Shown here in pieces: positions 29,420-37,419 of a DNA stretch of 64,000 bases; position 1 is the first letter of the stretch, and each line of letters starts with the position of its first letter. The position numbers and the translations under genes are program-made. The stretch lies in IMG/VR virus record IMGVR_UViG_3300028608_000006, positions 167,789 to 231,788 of that record; one strand, given 5' to 3'. The notes beneath the pieces were generated by a model that was given only the letters and a program-made list of their open reading frames with translations, searched no databases and had not been told where the DNA came from.

Positions 29420-30373
29420 TTAAGCAACAGGTTGTTCGATAACGTCGCCGGCCTGGAGCTGGGCGATGGATTCGCGCAGGCGTTCGGCATTCGCATCGGT
29501 GGACAGAAGATGTTCAGTGTCATCGCCCACGACATCTTTCTCGACATCAGGAGCTTCGAGCAGAACCGCGTCAGCGACATCAGCGTCGATCACAGGGTCG
29601 GAAGGCATTGGGTTTTCCGGGGTGTAGCTGTGCAGCACGTCAGCCGCGTCGCCTTCAGCGGAAACCTGGGTGTGGTACAGGGGGAAAACCTTTTCCATAC
29701 GCTCGCAGTGCAGGGTGCGCATGTATTCGAAGATCGGGGTGGTTTCCTTGTTGTGGTGCTCGTCAGCGTAACCGTCGATTTCCGGCTTACGTGGGGTGAG
29801 CATCAACATGATGTCCGGGATGGTACCGTCAAACAGACGCGCCAGCATCTCGGTGTAGTGCATGAAGATGTCCATGTAATCTTCAGGCTCTTTCTTGCCA
29901 TCGACGAATGCCACGATTGCGTTGATGTCTTCAGTCACCTTGGTGATCTGTTCATCGCAACGGTTGATCAGCGCTTGTTCTTCAGGAGTGATCTCGAAGC
30001 GCTTCTCGTCAGCCAGACGGCAGAACACTTCAACGCCGGAGTGCACACGGATGATCGCAGGGATCACGTCGTTGATGTTCTGCATGACGATGACGTTGGT
30101 CAGCTTGTCTTCCATACTGGTGGCTTCGTCGAACTGAGCCTTGGTCATCTTGCCCTGACGAACCTTCTTCTTCAGCTGCTTCAGACGACGATTGGCCTGA
30201 TCGGCAATGCTTTCGTCGGTGGCCTGTTCGGAGTACAGCTTGGCCATTTCACGGCGACCAATGATCTTCTTGCTGAACGCCTCTTCTTTACGGGCGTGTA
30301 CTTGCTTTTGCTTAGCGCGCTTCTGACGTTTGGCTTGTTTGTTTGCGCGCAGCGAAGTTTGTTTGGTAGCCAT
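29420..30373 (-). CDS. Hypothetical protein with basic N-terminus and acidic C-terminus
   Basis: 317 aa; KQAKRQKRAKQKQ at the N-terminus. Confidence 0.6.
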   Translation of the reverse strand: MATKQTSLRANKQAKRQKRAKQKQVHARKEEAFSKKIIGRREMAKLYSEQATDESIADQANRRLKQLKKKVRQGKMTKAQFDEATSMEDKLTNVIVMQNINDVIPAIIRVHSGVEVFCRLADEKRFEITPEEQALINRCDEQITKVTEDINAIVAFVDGKKEPEDYMDIFMHYTEMLARLFDGTIPDIMLMLTPRKPEIDGYADEHHNKETTPIFEYMRTLHCERMEKVFPLYHTQVSAEGDAADVLHSYTPENPMPSDPVIDADVADAVLLEAPDVEKDVVGDDTEHLLSTDANAERLRESIAQLQAGDVIEQPVA

Positions 30374-30415
30374 ATGCTATGTTCCTTTTAATTAACAGCC
30401 AATGGTAAAGCCCCA

Positions 30416-31381
30416 ATGATTATTGAGAGCCAAGATGCGGTAGTGATGCATGAGGATGAAGATCTTGCCGCCACCCTCATCGGCGGGATCTGGACTGACT
30501 TTAAGGCTTCTATTCCCGAGCCCCAAGCTAGAATATTAACCGAGGGGTTCAATTTAATTCTCCTCGGAATGCCAGCAGGTGAATCATCTGTCGGTGACCT
30601 CGAAGACGACGAGAGCTACGACGGTGATCGCGTTGACTCCCTGCTGCCGAACGTGGTTTTGGGTATGTTGGTCGATGACACTGTCCATACCGCTGAAAAG
30701 AAAAATAACCTGTTTCAGCTCATAACCGGCAATATAATCGAAACGCTGGTGAAGATGGGCTTCACGCTCAACGAAGACGAAGTCAGTCAAGAGCGTCTGA
30801 CCGAACTGTGTCAATTGGTCTCCCTGTTCTACGACCTGCACAACTACCAAGACCTCATTGGTCTGGCTGACGTTCTGGACTCGGCGGACATCCCACCGAA
30901 AGAACGTTACCTGATGGTAATGCAGAAATACCTGGGTATGAACTTCGACATTGATGTCTACGAGCTCATGGTAGACGATGTGAGCGAGGTTACGCTCAAA
31001 GCCATCCGTGACGCTCTGTTGCAAGAGGACATCACTGAGATGCCCCCACAGATGATCGTAAAGCGGGTCATCCAGAACAAAGAGCTGCTGGACGGAACGC
31101 TGGCTTACAAACACATCCGTAACAACGGTTCTGTGGGTGGGTCTGTTCAAAGCTTCCTGAACTTCTACCGCCGTGAGCTGGAACGCCTCACTGACGAACC
31201 TACTTCGGACAACATGATCCAGTACGGTAAAGAAGTCATGGCGATCTTCCTGGCCAGTGAGCTGAACACACCGGTATTGAAAGACAAGCTGATCCGTTAT
31301 CTCGCCGACATCGTCACTGACTACCAAGCGATGATGCAGGTTGAATCACTCATTAACCGGTTGGTACTCACCGATGACTAA
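30416..31381 (+). CDS. Conserved virion-associated protein (phiKZ gp79-like position)
   Basis: 321-aa acidic helical ORF coupled to the vRNAP gene. Confidence 0.5.
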   Translation: MIIESQDAVVMHEDEDLAATLIGGIWTDFKASIPEPQARILTEGFNLILLGMPAGESSVGDLEDDESYDGDRVDSLLPNVVLGMLVDDTVHTAEKKNNLFQLITGNIIETLVKMGFTLNEDEVSQERLTELCQLVSLFYDLHNYQDLIGLADVLDSADIPPKERYLMVMQKYLGMNFDIDVYELMVDDVSEVTLKAIRDALLQEDITEMPPQMIVKRVIQNKELLDGTLAYKHIRNNGSVGGSVQSFLNFYRRELERLTDEPTSDNMIQYGKEVMAIFLASELNTPVLKDKLIRYLADIVTDYQAMMQVESLINRLVLTDD

Positions 31382-32672
31382 ACTCGAGTTTCTCAAGCAC
31401 TGCTTTGATAACAAGGGTTACGGGCTGAAAGCAGCACTTCAGTCCATGATCACCATTCAGTTTGAAGACGAAGACTCGTCGGGGGCTTTCAAGAAGATCC
31501 CGTTTGCGGTCTTCGTGGAAGGGGGTAAGTACCACACCCTCGTAGGTGATGAAGTCGTAGTGGTTGAAGGGGATGCCAAGGTACCTCTCTTCCACATGGA
31601 CTTCCTGATGGATCTCCCTGCTGACTTCCACCCCTGCCTGAAGAACACTGCGGTCAAGACCACCTTCGGGTTGTTCCTATTCAACGTGATCCTCTTCTGG
31701 GAACCCTTCCAAGGTAAGGTGGACTACGTCAACAAGGAATTCACCAAGGGCCTGATTGAAGGCCTGCTGAGCCGCTTGATGGTGGACAACCCTAAGCCGG
31801 GTGAAGAAGTTCCTGAAGGCAAGGCCAGTGTTGATGACTGCCTGAAGTTCAGCGAGAACTGCAACTTCCTCGAAGGGTTGGGGAGTCACTTCATTAAACC
31901 GGGTGGCGTGGACATTCTGGTGGTTGATCCGTCGATCACTAAGTTCCTCAATGAACAGTTCGAACTGCACAAGCACGAGCTGAACAACCCGGTTGTCTTT
32001 ACCGAGATCGTTGACAAAGCGGTAAAGATGGACGAAGAGATCCAGCGTAAGGGTCCGAGTAAGAACTTCTTCATTAACAAGAAGTTTATTCACACGGCTC
32101 GTAAGCGGATGTTCTTGGCGTTTGGTATTGAACCGAATGCCACGGGTGATGGTTGGGTGGCTTTGCCTCAGTCGCTGAACACCGGTATTGACCCTAAGCA
32201 CATCGTTGACTACATCAATACCTCGGTAGCGGGTTCGTACTCCCGTTCCATGGCAACAGGTGACGGTGGCGCTCAGGTAAAAGAAACCCTGCGTCTGGTG
32301 GGTCGTTCCTCTGTCGCAATGGAAGACTGCGGTAGCCCGGTGGGCGAGTTGATCCGTATCGACGACAAGAACAAGAAAGGTTGGATCGGTGGCTATCAGA
32401 TTGTTGACGGTAAGGCTGTACTGCTTACTGAAGAAAGCATCAACAAACTGATCGGCAAGAAGATCTCCATCCGTGTAACCGAGTATTGCACCACGCCTGA
32501 CGGCAACTACTGTCGTGTTTGCTGTGGTGAGAGTCTGGGTATGCTGGCAACTCGTATCAGTGCTGAGGTAGTGCTTATCCCGACTACGTCCATGTTGACA
32601 CGAATGAAGGCAGCTCACACCGCGGGTGGTACGGTTGTGCGTCTGGATCTGAAGACAGCGATTCGTGGTTGA
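31374..32672 (+). CDS. Virion RNA polymerase beta' middle subunit (phiKZ gp80-like)
   Basis: Bridge-helix-like SYSRSMATGDGGAQVKETLR followed by EDCG; zinc site RVTEYC...CRVCCG. Start at ATG 31374. Confidence 0.85.
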   Translation: MTKLEFLKHCFDNKGYGLKAALQSMITIQFEDEDSSGAFKKIPFAVFVEGGKYHTLVGDEVVVVEGDAKVPLFHMDFLMDLPADFHPCLKNTAVKTTFGLFLFNVILFWEPFQGKVDYVNKEFTKGLIEGLLSRLMVDNPKPGEEVPEGKASVDDCLKFSENCNFLEGLGSHFIKPGGVDILVVDPSITKFLNEQFELHKHELNNPVVFTEIVDKAVKMDEEIQRKGPSKNFFINKKFIHTARKRMFLAFGIEPNATGDGWVALPQSLNTGIDPKHIVDYINTSVAGSYSRSMATGDGGAQVKETLRLVGRSSVAMEDCGSPVGELIRIDDKNKKGWIGGYQIVDGKAVLLTEESINKLIGKKISIRVTEYCTTPDGNYCRVCCGESLGMLATRISAEVVLIPTTSMLTRMKAAHTAGGTVVRLDLKTAIRG

Positions 32673-32696
32673 AGCAAAAAAAATAAACAAGCTATA

Positions 32697-32725
32697 CCTC
32701 TCCTCCCCGTAATGGGGAGGAGAGG
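32697..32725 (-). terminator. Intrinsic terminator
   Basis: 12-bp stem cctctcctcccc / ggggaggagagg with a T-tract on the minus strand. Confidence 0.75.
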
Positions 32726-32732
32726 CTATGCC

Positions 32733-33236
32733 TTATGCGTGGAGTTTCTCAGGTGGGATGACCCATTGGAGGTTGCCCATATCGAAGTTGGCCTTGTCGT
32801 TGTCTTTATGACTGACGATCAAGTCCTTTGGATGGTGCCCTGCCAAATGGTCAGGGACTGGTAAGAAGGCACACGCTATTGCCCGGTGAATAGTCAGGGG
32901 TTCAGGCTTCTTCTTAATGTTCGTCACGATGTGCGGGTAACCGCTGGAATCGAGGTTCCAATCAACAAACTTTGGATCCGTGGAATTTCGTAGGTTGGCG
33001 ATGCGACCTTTGTTGCTAATGAAGTACAGGTACGGGGCCACTCTAACGTTCGCTCCAGGCACCGTTAACGCTGCTTCGTGCCGGAAGTACACCAACGGCA
33101 TGAAGACCTCGTAGTCGGGGTCGTGAGCAACCTTAGAGCGCAGCGTGTCATTAATGATACCAAGCGTGAACGGGTATTCGAACTCGCGATACAGTTTCAT
33201 TTCTGGGGTGCTGAGCATCGTCTCTAGAAATTCCAT
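32733..33236 (-). CDS. Free-standing NUMOD4/HNH homing endonuclease-like protein, C-terminally truncated
   Basis: YFISNKGRI, GYP, IHRAIACAF, VSHKDNDKANFDMGNLQWV; stop follows 8 residues later. Confidence 0.75.
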   Translation of the reverse strand: MEFLETMLSTPEMKLYREFEYPFTLGIINDTLRSKVAHDPDYEVFMPLVYFRHEAALTVPGANVRVAPYLYFISNKGRIANLRNSTDPKFVDWNLDSSGYPHIVTNIKKKPEPLTIHRAIACAFLPVPDHLAGHHPKDLIVSHKDNDKANFDMGNLQWVIPPEKLHA

Positions 33237-33326
33237 AATGCGTATACCTCGAAGTGTAGGGACAGGCAAGCATATCCCTAACGGATCCCGGAAGGACCGT
33301 TAGGAACATTAACAGGAACGTGTTGC

Positions 33327-33812
33327 TTACAGATCTATTGCGCCACTCAGGAGGAACATGACTTTGTCCCCTAAGTGGGTGGTGGAGAAGTTCAGTTTAG
33401 CCATGAACTCCGGCAACCGTAACATGTCCCCCAGGACCATTAACGTTGCCAGATCGTTGAACTGCGAGACGGTTTCTATCGCTAGACACAGCTTGGTAGT
33501 AACCCAGGCGGTGTGCACAGTGGCGATGTCGTTGAGGTACACCTCATTCGTCACATCGACACCCGTCTTCGCATCCATCTCCTTCATGACTTCCATGAGG
33601 AACTCCAGCGACGCCATGACGTTGCTTTCTGGATCGTCCATGTAGACTTCGGGATCATCCACCACCGGCATGTACACCGCCATGGCGTTGGGCAGATCCT
33701 TCACGACGTTGAATAGCGCTTCCATCAGGATAAACGCTAGGAAGTCAGGACTGACGTCTGCGTAGAGCTCTTCCCGTGTTGCAGGGTTTAAGTTGATGGT
33801 TAGGCTTTTCAT
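33327..33812 (-). CDS. Small hypothetical protein
   Basis: 161 aa; ATGA-coupled to the upstream gene. Confidence 0.6.
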   Translation of the reverse strand: MKSLTINLNPATREELYADVSPDFLAFILMEALFNVVKDLPNAMAVYMPVVDDPEVYMDDPESNVMASLEFLMEVMKEMDAKTGVDVTNEVYLNDIATVHTAWVTTKLCLAIETVSQFNDLATLMVLGDMLRLPEFMAKLNFSTTHLGDKVMFLLSGAIDL

Positions 33813-34183
33813 GCGACCGCCGGTTCAGGAACCTCGATCAACACGACGATGCCGGCTGCGGTAACGTTCGTGATTTCGAACTTGTTGTTGGCGTAGGGCT
33901 TCAGGTTCTGGATCGCTTCAGCGTACAGCGGCGTTTTCTCGAAACGCTCGAACGACTGCAAGATAACCTTGCCTTCGGACTTGCAGTACTTCTGGATATC
34001 TTCCTGGCGAACCAGCTTCGGAGGGATTTCCAGATAGCGCTCAACCAACGCACCGCTGATGTCGTTGAACTGATCGCCTTCCATGATGCAGCGAATACGC
34101 TCTTTTGCCAGCAACTGCACCAGGTAGTAGTTGCTGTATTGCTCTACTTCGGGTGTAGGGACGAACAGGGAACGAATGCTCAT
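33809..34183 (-). CDS. Small hypothetical protein
   Basis: Start revised to ATG at 34183 (ATGA overlap). Confidence 0.6.
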   Translation of the reverse strand: MSIRSLFVPTPEVEQYSNYYLVQLLAKERIRCIMEGDQFNDISGALVERYLEIPPKLVRQEDIQKYCKSEGKVILQSFERFEKTPLYAEAIQNLKPYANNKFEITNVTAAGIVVLIEVPEPAVA

Positions 34184-34614
34184 AATCTGACTCCTTCGGC
34201 CAACAGCAGCCATTGGTTTTTGTAGGCACGAGCCACCTTGATGGATTTAATGTCGTACCCGTTGTATGCCGCGTTGATCACGTCTTCGTTATGGGTATAA
34301 AAAGCCGTAATCAAATCGTCTACTTGGTTGCAGTAGTTGATGAACCCGATTTCAGGATTGCTCATGAAGTTCCAGAGTTCTTCACCATGTGCCGCCAAGA
34401 TGATGTTGCCGTGACCATCCCACAGACGGTCCTTGAGATGACCATAATACCAGCCATCGTCAAACCAATCATCAGCAGCCCCACTATCCATCATCATTTC
34501 GATGAGGCCTTCCTCAACCACCGCTGTAACAACATGCGATGCATTGTGAATGCCGGGGCACTTTAGTAGGAGTGGTATTAACTTGACGCGGTCGTCTTTT
34601 TCAAACAACGCCAT
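34180..34614 (-). CDS. Small hypothetical protein, paralog of 34616-35029
   Basis: LLKCP...FINYC...NQWLLLAEG. Confidence 0.65.
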   Translation of the reverse strand: MALFEKDDRVKLIPLLLKCPGIHNASHVVTAVVEEGLIEMMMDSGAADDWFDDGWYYGHLKDRLWDGHGNIILAAHGEELWNFMSNPEIGFINYCNQVDDLITAFYTHNEDVINAAYNGYDIKSIKVARAYKNQWLLLAEGVRL

Positions 34615-34615
34615 G

Positions 34616-35029
34616 TCATCCTCCCTTTACAGCAATTATCCAGTGGTTGGGAAGTTTCTTGAGTAGTAGCATGTCGCCATTGGAATGGTGGCGCTGTACT
34701 AAATCAATCACAGTTCGATTTTCCAAAGCAAATGTTTCCAACGCTTTGGTCAGTTCATCGCAGTAACCAAGGAACGTGGAGTAGGGATCACGCCTGAAAC
34801 TAATGTGCTCTTCCTCACTCCCATTGAACGTAACGTCCCCGTCGATCTCGTAGAACTGATCTTCGAGGCAACGCTGGTAGACACCTAGGTAGGTGCCCTC
34901 CAGAATCTCATCCCCATACGACAGGGCTGAGAACATCGCGTCTTCCAAGGCGTCTTCGACAACCTGACTGAGCAACCCTACCTTAGGACAGCGTAGGATC
35001 ACCGTCCGGTAAGTATCCTTCTTATTCAT
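34616..35029 (-). CDS. Small hypothetical protein, paralog of 34180-34614
   Basis: ILRCP...FLGYC...NHWIIAVKG. Confidence 0.65.
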   Translation of the reverse strand: MNKKDTYRTVILRCPKVGLLSQVVEDALEDAMFSALSYGDEILEGTYLGVYQRCLEDQFYEIDGDVTFNGSEEEHISFRRDPYSTFLGYCDELTKALETFALENRTVIDLVQRHHSNGDMLLLKKLPNHWIIAVKGG

Positions 35030-35056
35030 AACGGTAACTCATGAAGGTACCGCGCA

Positions 35057-37360
35057 CTACTGGAGTGCGCAGTTAGAGTCAATCACCTTAAACGTTTTCT
35101 TCTTCGCCTCAAAGGCGACTTCACGTTTGCGGAAGTACTCTTTATGCTTAGGCTGGCTAGCACACACCCCGAATACGAACCGTGGGGTGATGCGGTTGTC
35201 GAATGTCTTCAACGCCTTGTCACGTAAACGCCCAATCATTTGTTTGTTGCGTTGAGTCGAACCGACCGTATGCATACAGAGCACAGTTACTAAACCATCA
35301 ATGTCCTTACCCGTTCCGCAACTACCAGGTGTCGTAATGACCACCTCGTGTTTCATGTACTTCAACTTATCGGCGTCTTTACCTTTGGTATCCTCGCCGT
35401 GGAAGGTGACGATGTCCATGCCGGGGTATTCCTTAAGGAACATCTCGAGCATAGCCTCGCACATGCTGACCCTGGAGAAGAAGAACAGACACTTAGTGCC
35501 CTCCTCTCGGCATTCGAGGTAATACTCCTCGAACATCTTCTTGGCCACTTCAAAGTAGAAGTTGGTGACCGTCCGATTGTTCAGAATGCTCTGTTCCCAG
35601 GTTAGGTCATTGTAACTACCGAACTGCTGGGTCTTCAGGTTATAACGTCGCGGGTTGATGTCGTACAGATAAGCGACAATGTCGATGTAGTTCTCAGGCT
35701 CCGGTTCCTTAAGCCGGATGTGAATTGGGAAGAGGATCCGATAGATCTTGTTAATGAACGGATCATCGCCAGACAGAGTTGCAGACAACACAACCAGCTT
35801 GGGGAAGTTACCATACATCAACGAAATGCAGACCTGGTGAATCGCCTCGTGACCTTCGTCAATGATCCTGAGACCGCACTGGAGGCTCTCAAAGATCTTG
35901 TCTAGGCTCGGAGTCTTGGGATCCTTCTTCTCGTTCCTGAAGTGCACGTCAATGCGTGTCATCGGCACAATGATGACCTTCGGATCGATCTCACCCCTCA
36001 GCATCACTTCCTGCAACAAGCACAGGTCCTGTTCCCACACCAAGACATCGGCAGGTTGCAGGTCGATGATGTCACCCAAGGCTTTAATCCAAGTGGTGAT
36101 GTACCGAGGTTGAATCGTAATCAGGGTTCGCTTGCCCATCAACAACATTGTCCGAAGGCCCATGTAGGTGTTGTGCGTAACGAGGTAGTCCTTGATCACA
36201 AAGCACTTTGATTCGTGCTCCACCGAGATGCAGGTGGTTTCAACTGGTCGATCGATCTCAATCCGATTAATCCGCAACGCCAGATCACGGTTGTCGTGTT
36301 CCCACATCGCTTCCACCTTTTCTTGAAAGGTGAACAAGACATGTGGGGTCCGGTGGGTAATCACAACGTAATTATCACCATCAGAGTAATGGGCTTTTGC
36401 AACACCCCCTACACTCCACACCAGATCACGAACCATCTTGGCGCTAGTACCGTAGTCGGAGCGATAGATGATTGACCCATCGGCCTGTGGCTCACCTGTA
36501 GCGTCCAACAACCCACGAAGCAACCCCATGCGCTGAGAGTGAGAACCCTCGAGGTACTTCTCGGTCAGGAACCGATCTGTTTGCCCGATCAGGTAGGCGT
36601 CGATAATGTCGCCGCGATCAGGATTGCGTTCACTGGCCGTTAAAGGAATGCGCCAGACTTTCTCTGGGCTGTCCACTAACTCTTGGGTGGTCTTAACCTC
36701 CCATTTTGACCAGCCATCCGCTCTGACTTCCCACTGGTGCTCAGGACACGCCACAACCGTCCTGCCGTCCTCGAAGGTCAGCTTGTACGTTGGTGTCACG
36801 CCTTGAGGGAAAACCCCTGTGACGTACGTGTGAGAGCCGTCAGGTGCCATGACCAGATCGTTCATCTTGACCTGTCCGATGGGCTTCCAACCTTTAGCTG
36901 TTCTGACCGGAGTACTGTTGGCCAGCGCTTTACCGTAACCTGTGGAGGCGTTGTTAACCTTCACAGCACCCGGAGCCAATTGGTAGTTAACCCACTCATC
37001 CTGACCGGGACGGGTGTTCTCGTAACCAGGACGAAACTTAAATCGAACGTCCTTGCCAACCAATTCCGGTTCAGTTACCAGCTCAACCCGAGACGGGTTA
37101 TAGCCTTTATACTGAGCGAACGCGATGAACTCTTTTAACAAACTTGCGGGGAGACGGTATTCACTCTTGTCAAAGTTCGACCGAGCAAACACATGAGTCA
37201 CTTCCATCTTTGTTCTACCGGTACCAGGAATTGGCACTTTCCCCATTTTGTAAAGGTTGGCCCGGCAGAAAGGCAGTATTACTTGTGCGGCGAACTCACC
37301 GTAGAACCCAAAGATTCGGAGGTAGTTATGCGCTCGCGAGATAGTGGCAACGTGGCGCAT
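35057..37360 (-). CDS. SF2 DExH helicase (phiKZ gp75-like), intein-containing
   Basis: Walker A STGYGK/T split by the intein; IIDEGHE, LSAT, TPGSCGTGKDI, QMIGRLR. Confidence 0.9.
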   Translation of the reverse strand: MRHVATISRAHNYLRIFGFYGEFAAQVILPFCRANLYKMGKVPIPGTGRTKMEVTHVFARSNFDKSEYRLPASLLKEFIAFAQYKGYNPSRVELVTEPELVGKDVRFKFRPGYENTRPGQDEWVNYQLAPGAVKVNNASTGYGKALANSTPVRTAKGWKPIGQVKMNDLVMAPDGSHTYVTGVFPQGVTPTYKLTFEDGRTVVACPEHQWEVRADGWSKWEVKTTQELVDSPEKVWRIPLTASERNPDRGDIIDAYLIGQTDRFLTEKYLEGSHSQRMGLLRGLLDATGEPQADGSIIYRSDYGTSAKMVRDLVWSVGGVAKAHYSDGDNYVVITHRTPHVLFTFQEKVEAMWEHDNRDLALRINRIEIDRPVETTCISVEHESKCFVIKDYLVTHNTYMGLRTMLLMGKRTLITIQPRYITTWIKALGDIIDLQPADVLVWEQDLCLLQEVMLRGEIDPKVIIVPMTRIDVHFRNEKKDPKTPSLDKIFESLQCGLRIIDEGHEAIHQVCISLMYGNFPKLVVLSATLSGDDPFINKIYRILFPIHIRLKEPEPENYIDIVAYLYDINPRRYNLKTQQFGSYNDLTWEQSILNNRTVTNFYFEVAKKMFEEYYLECREEGTKCLFFFSRVSMCEAMLEMFLKEYPGMDIVTFHGEDTKGKDADKLKYMKHEVVITTPGSCGTGKDIDGLVTVLCMHTVGSTQRNKQMIGRLRDKALKTFDNRITPRFVFGVCASQPKHKEYFRKREVAFEAKKKTFKVIDSNCALQ
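36170..36928 (-). mobile_element. 253-aa class 3 intein with degenerate LAGLIDADG domain
   Basis: Starts with Ala (ALANSTPV); block B CPEHQW, block F TTCISV, block G LVTHN with +1 Thr; one LLRGLLDATG motif. Confidence 0.9.
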
Positions 37361-37385
37361 TGTAGCAGCCTCTTAACAAAATAAA

Positions 37386-37407
37386 CGAGAACCCCGAAGG
37401 GTTCCCG
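37386..37407 (-). terminator. Intrinsic terminator with cUUCGg tetraloop
   Basis: Minus strand cgggaaccc-TTCG-gggttctcg followed by tttattttg. Confidence 0.8.
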
Positions 37408-37419
37408 CTATCGGGTGTG

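Noticed and set aside
27713-30391. 892-aa + strand ORF
   Set aside because: Antisense shadow of two codon-biased minus-strand genes; no motifs.
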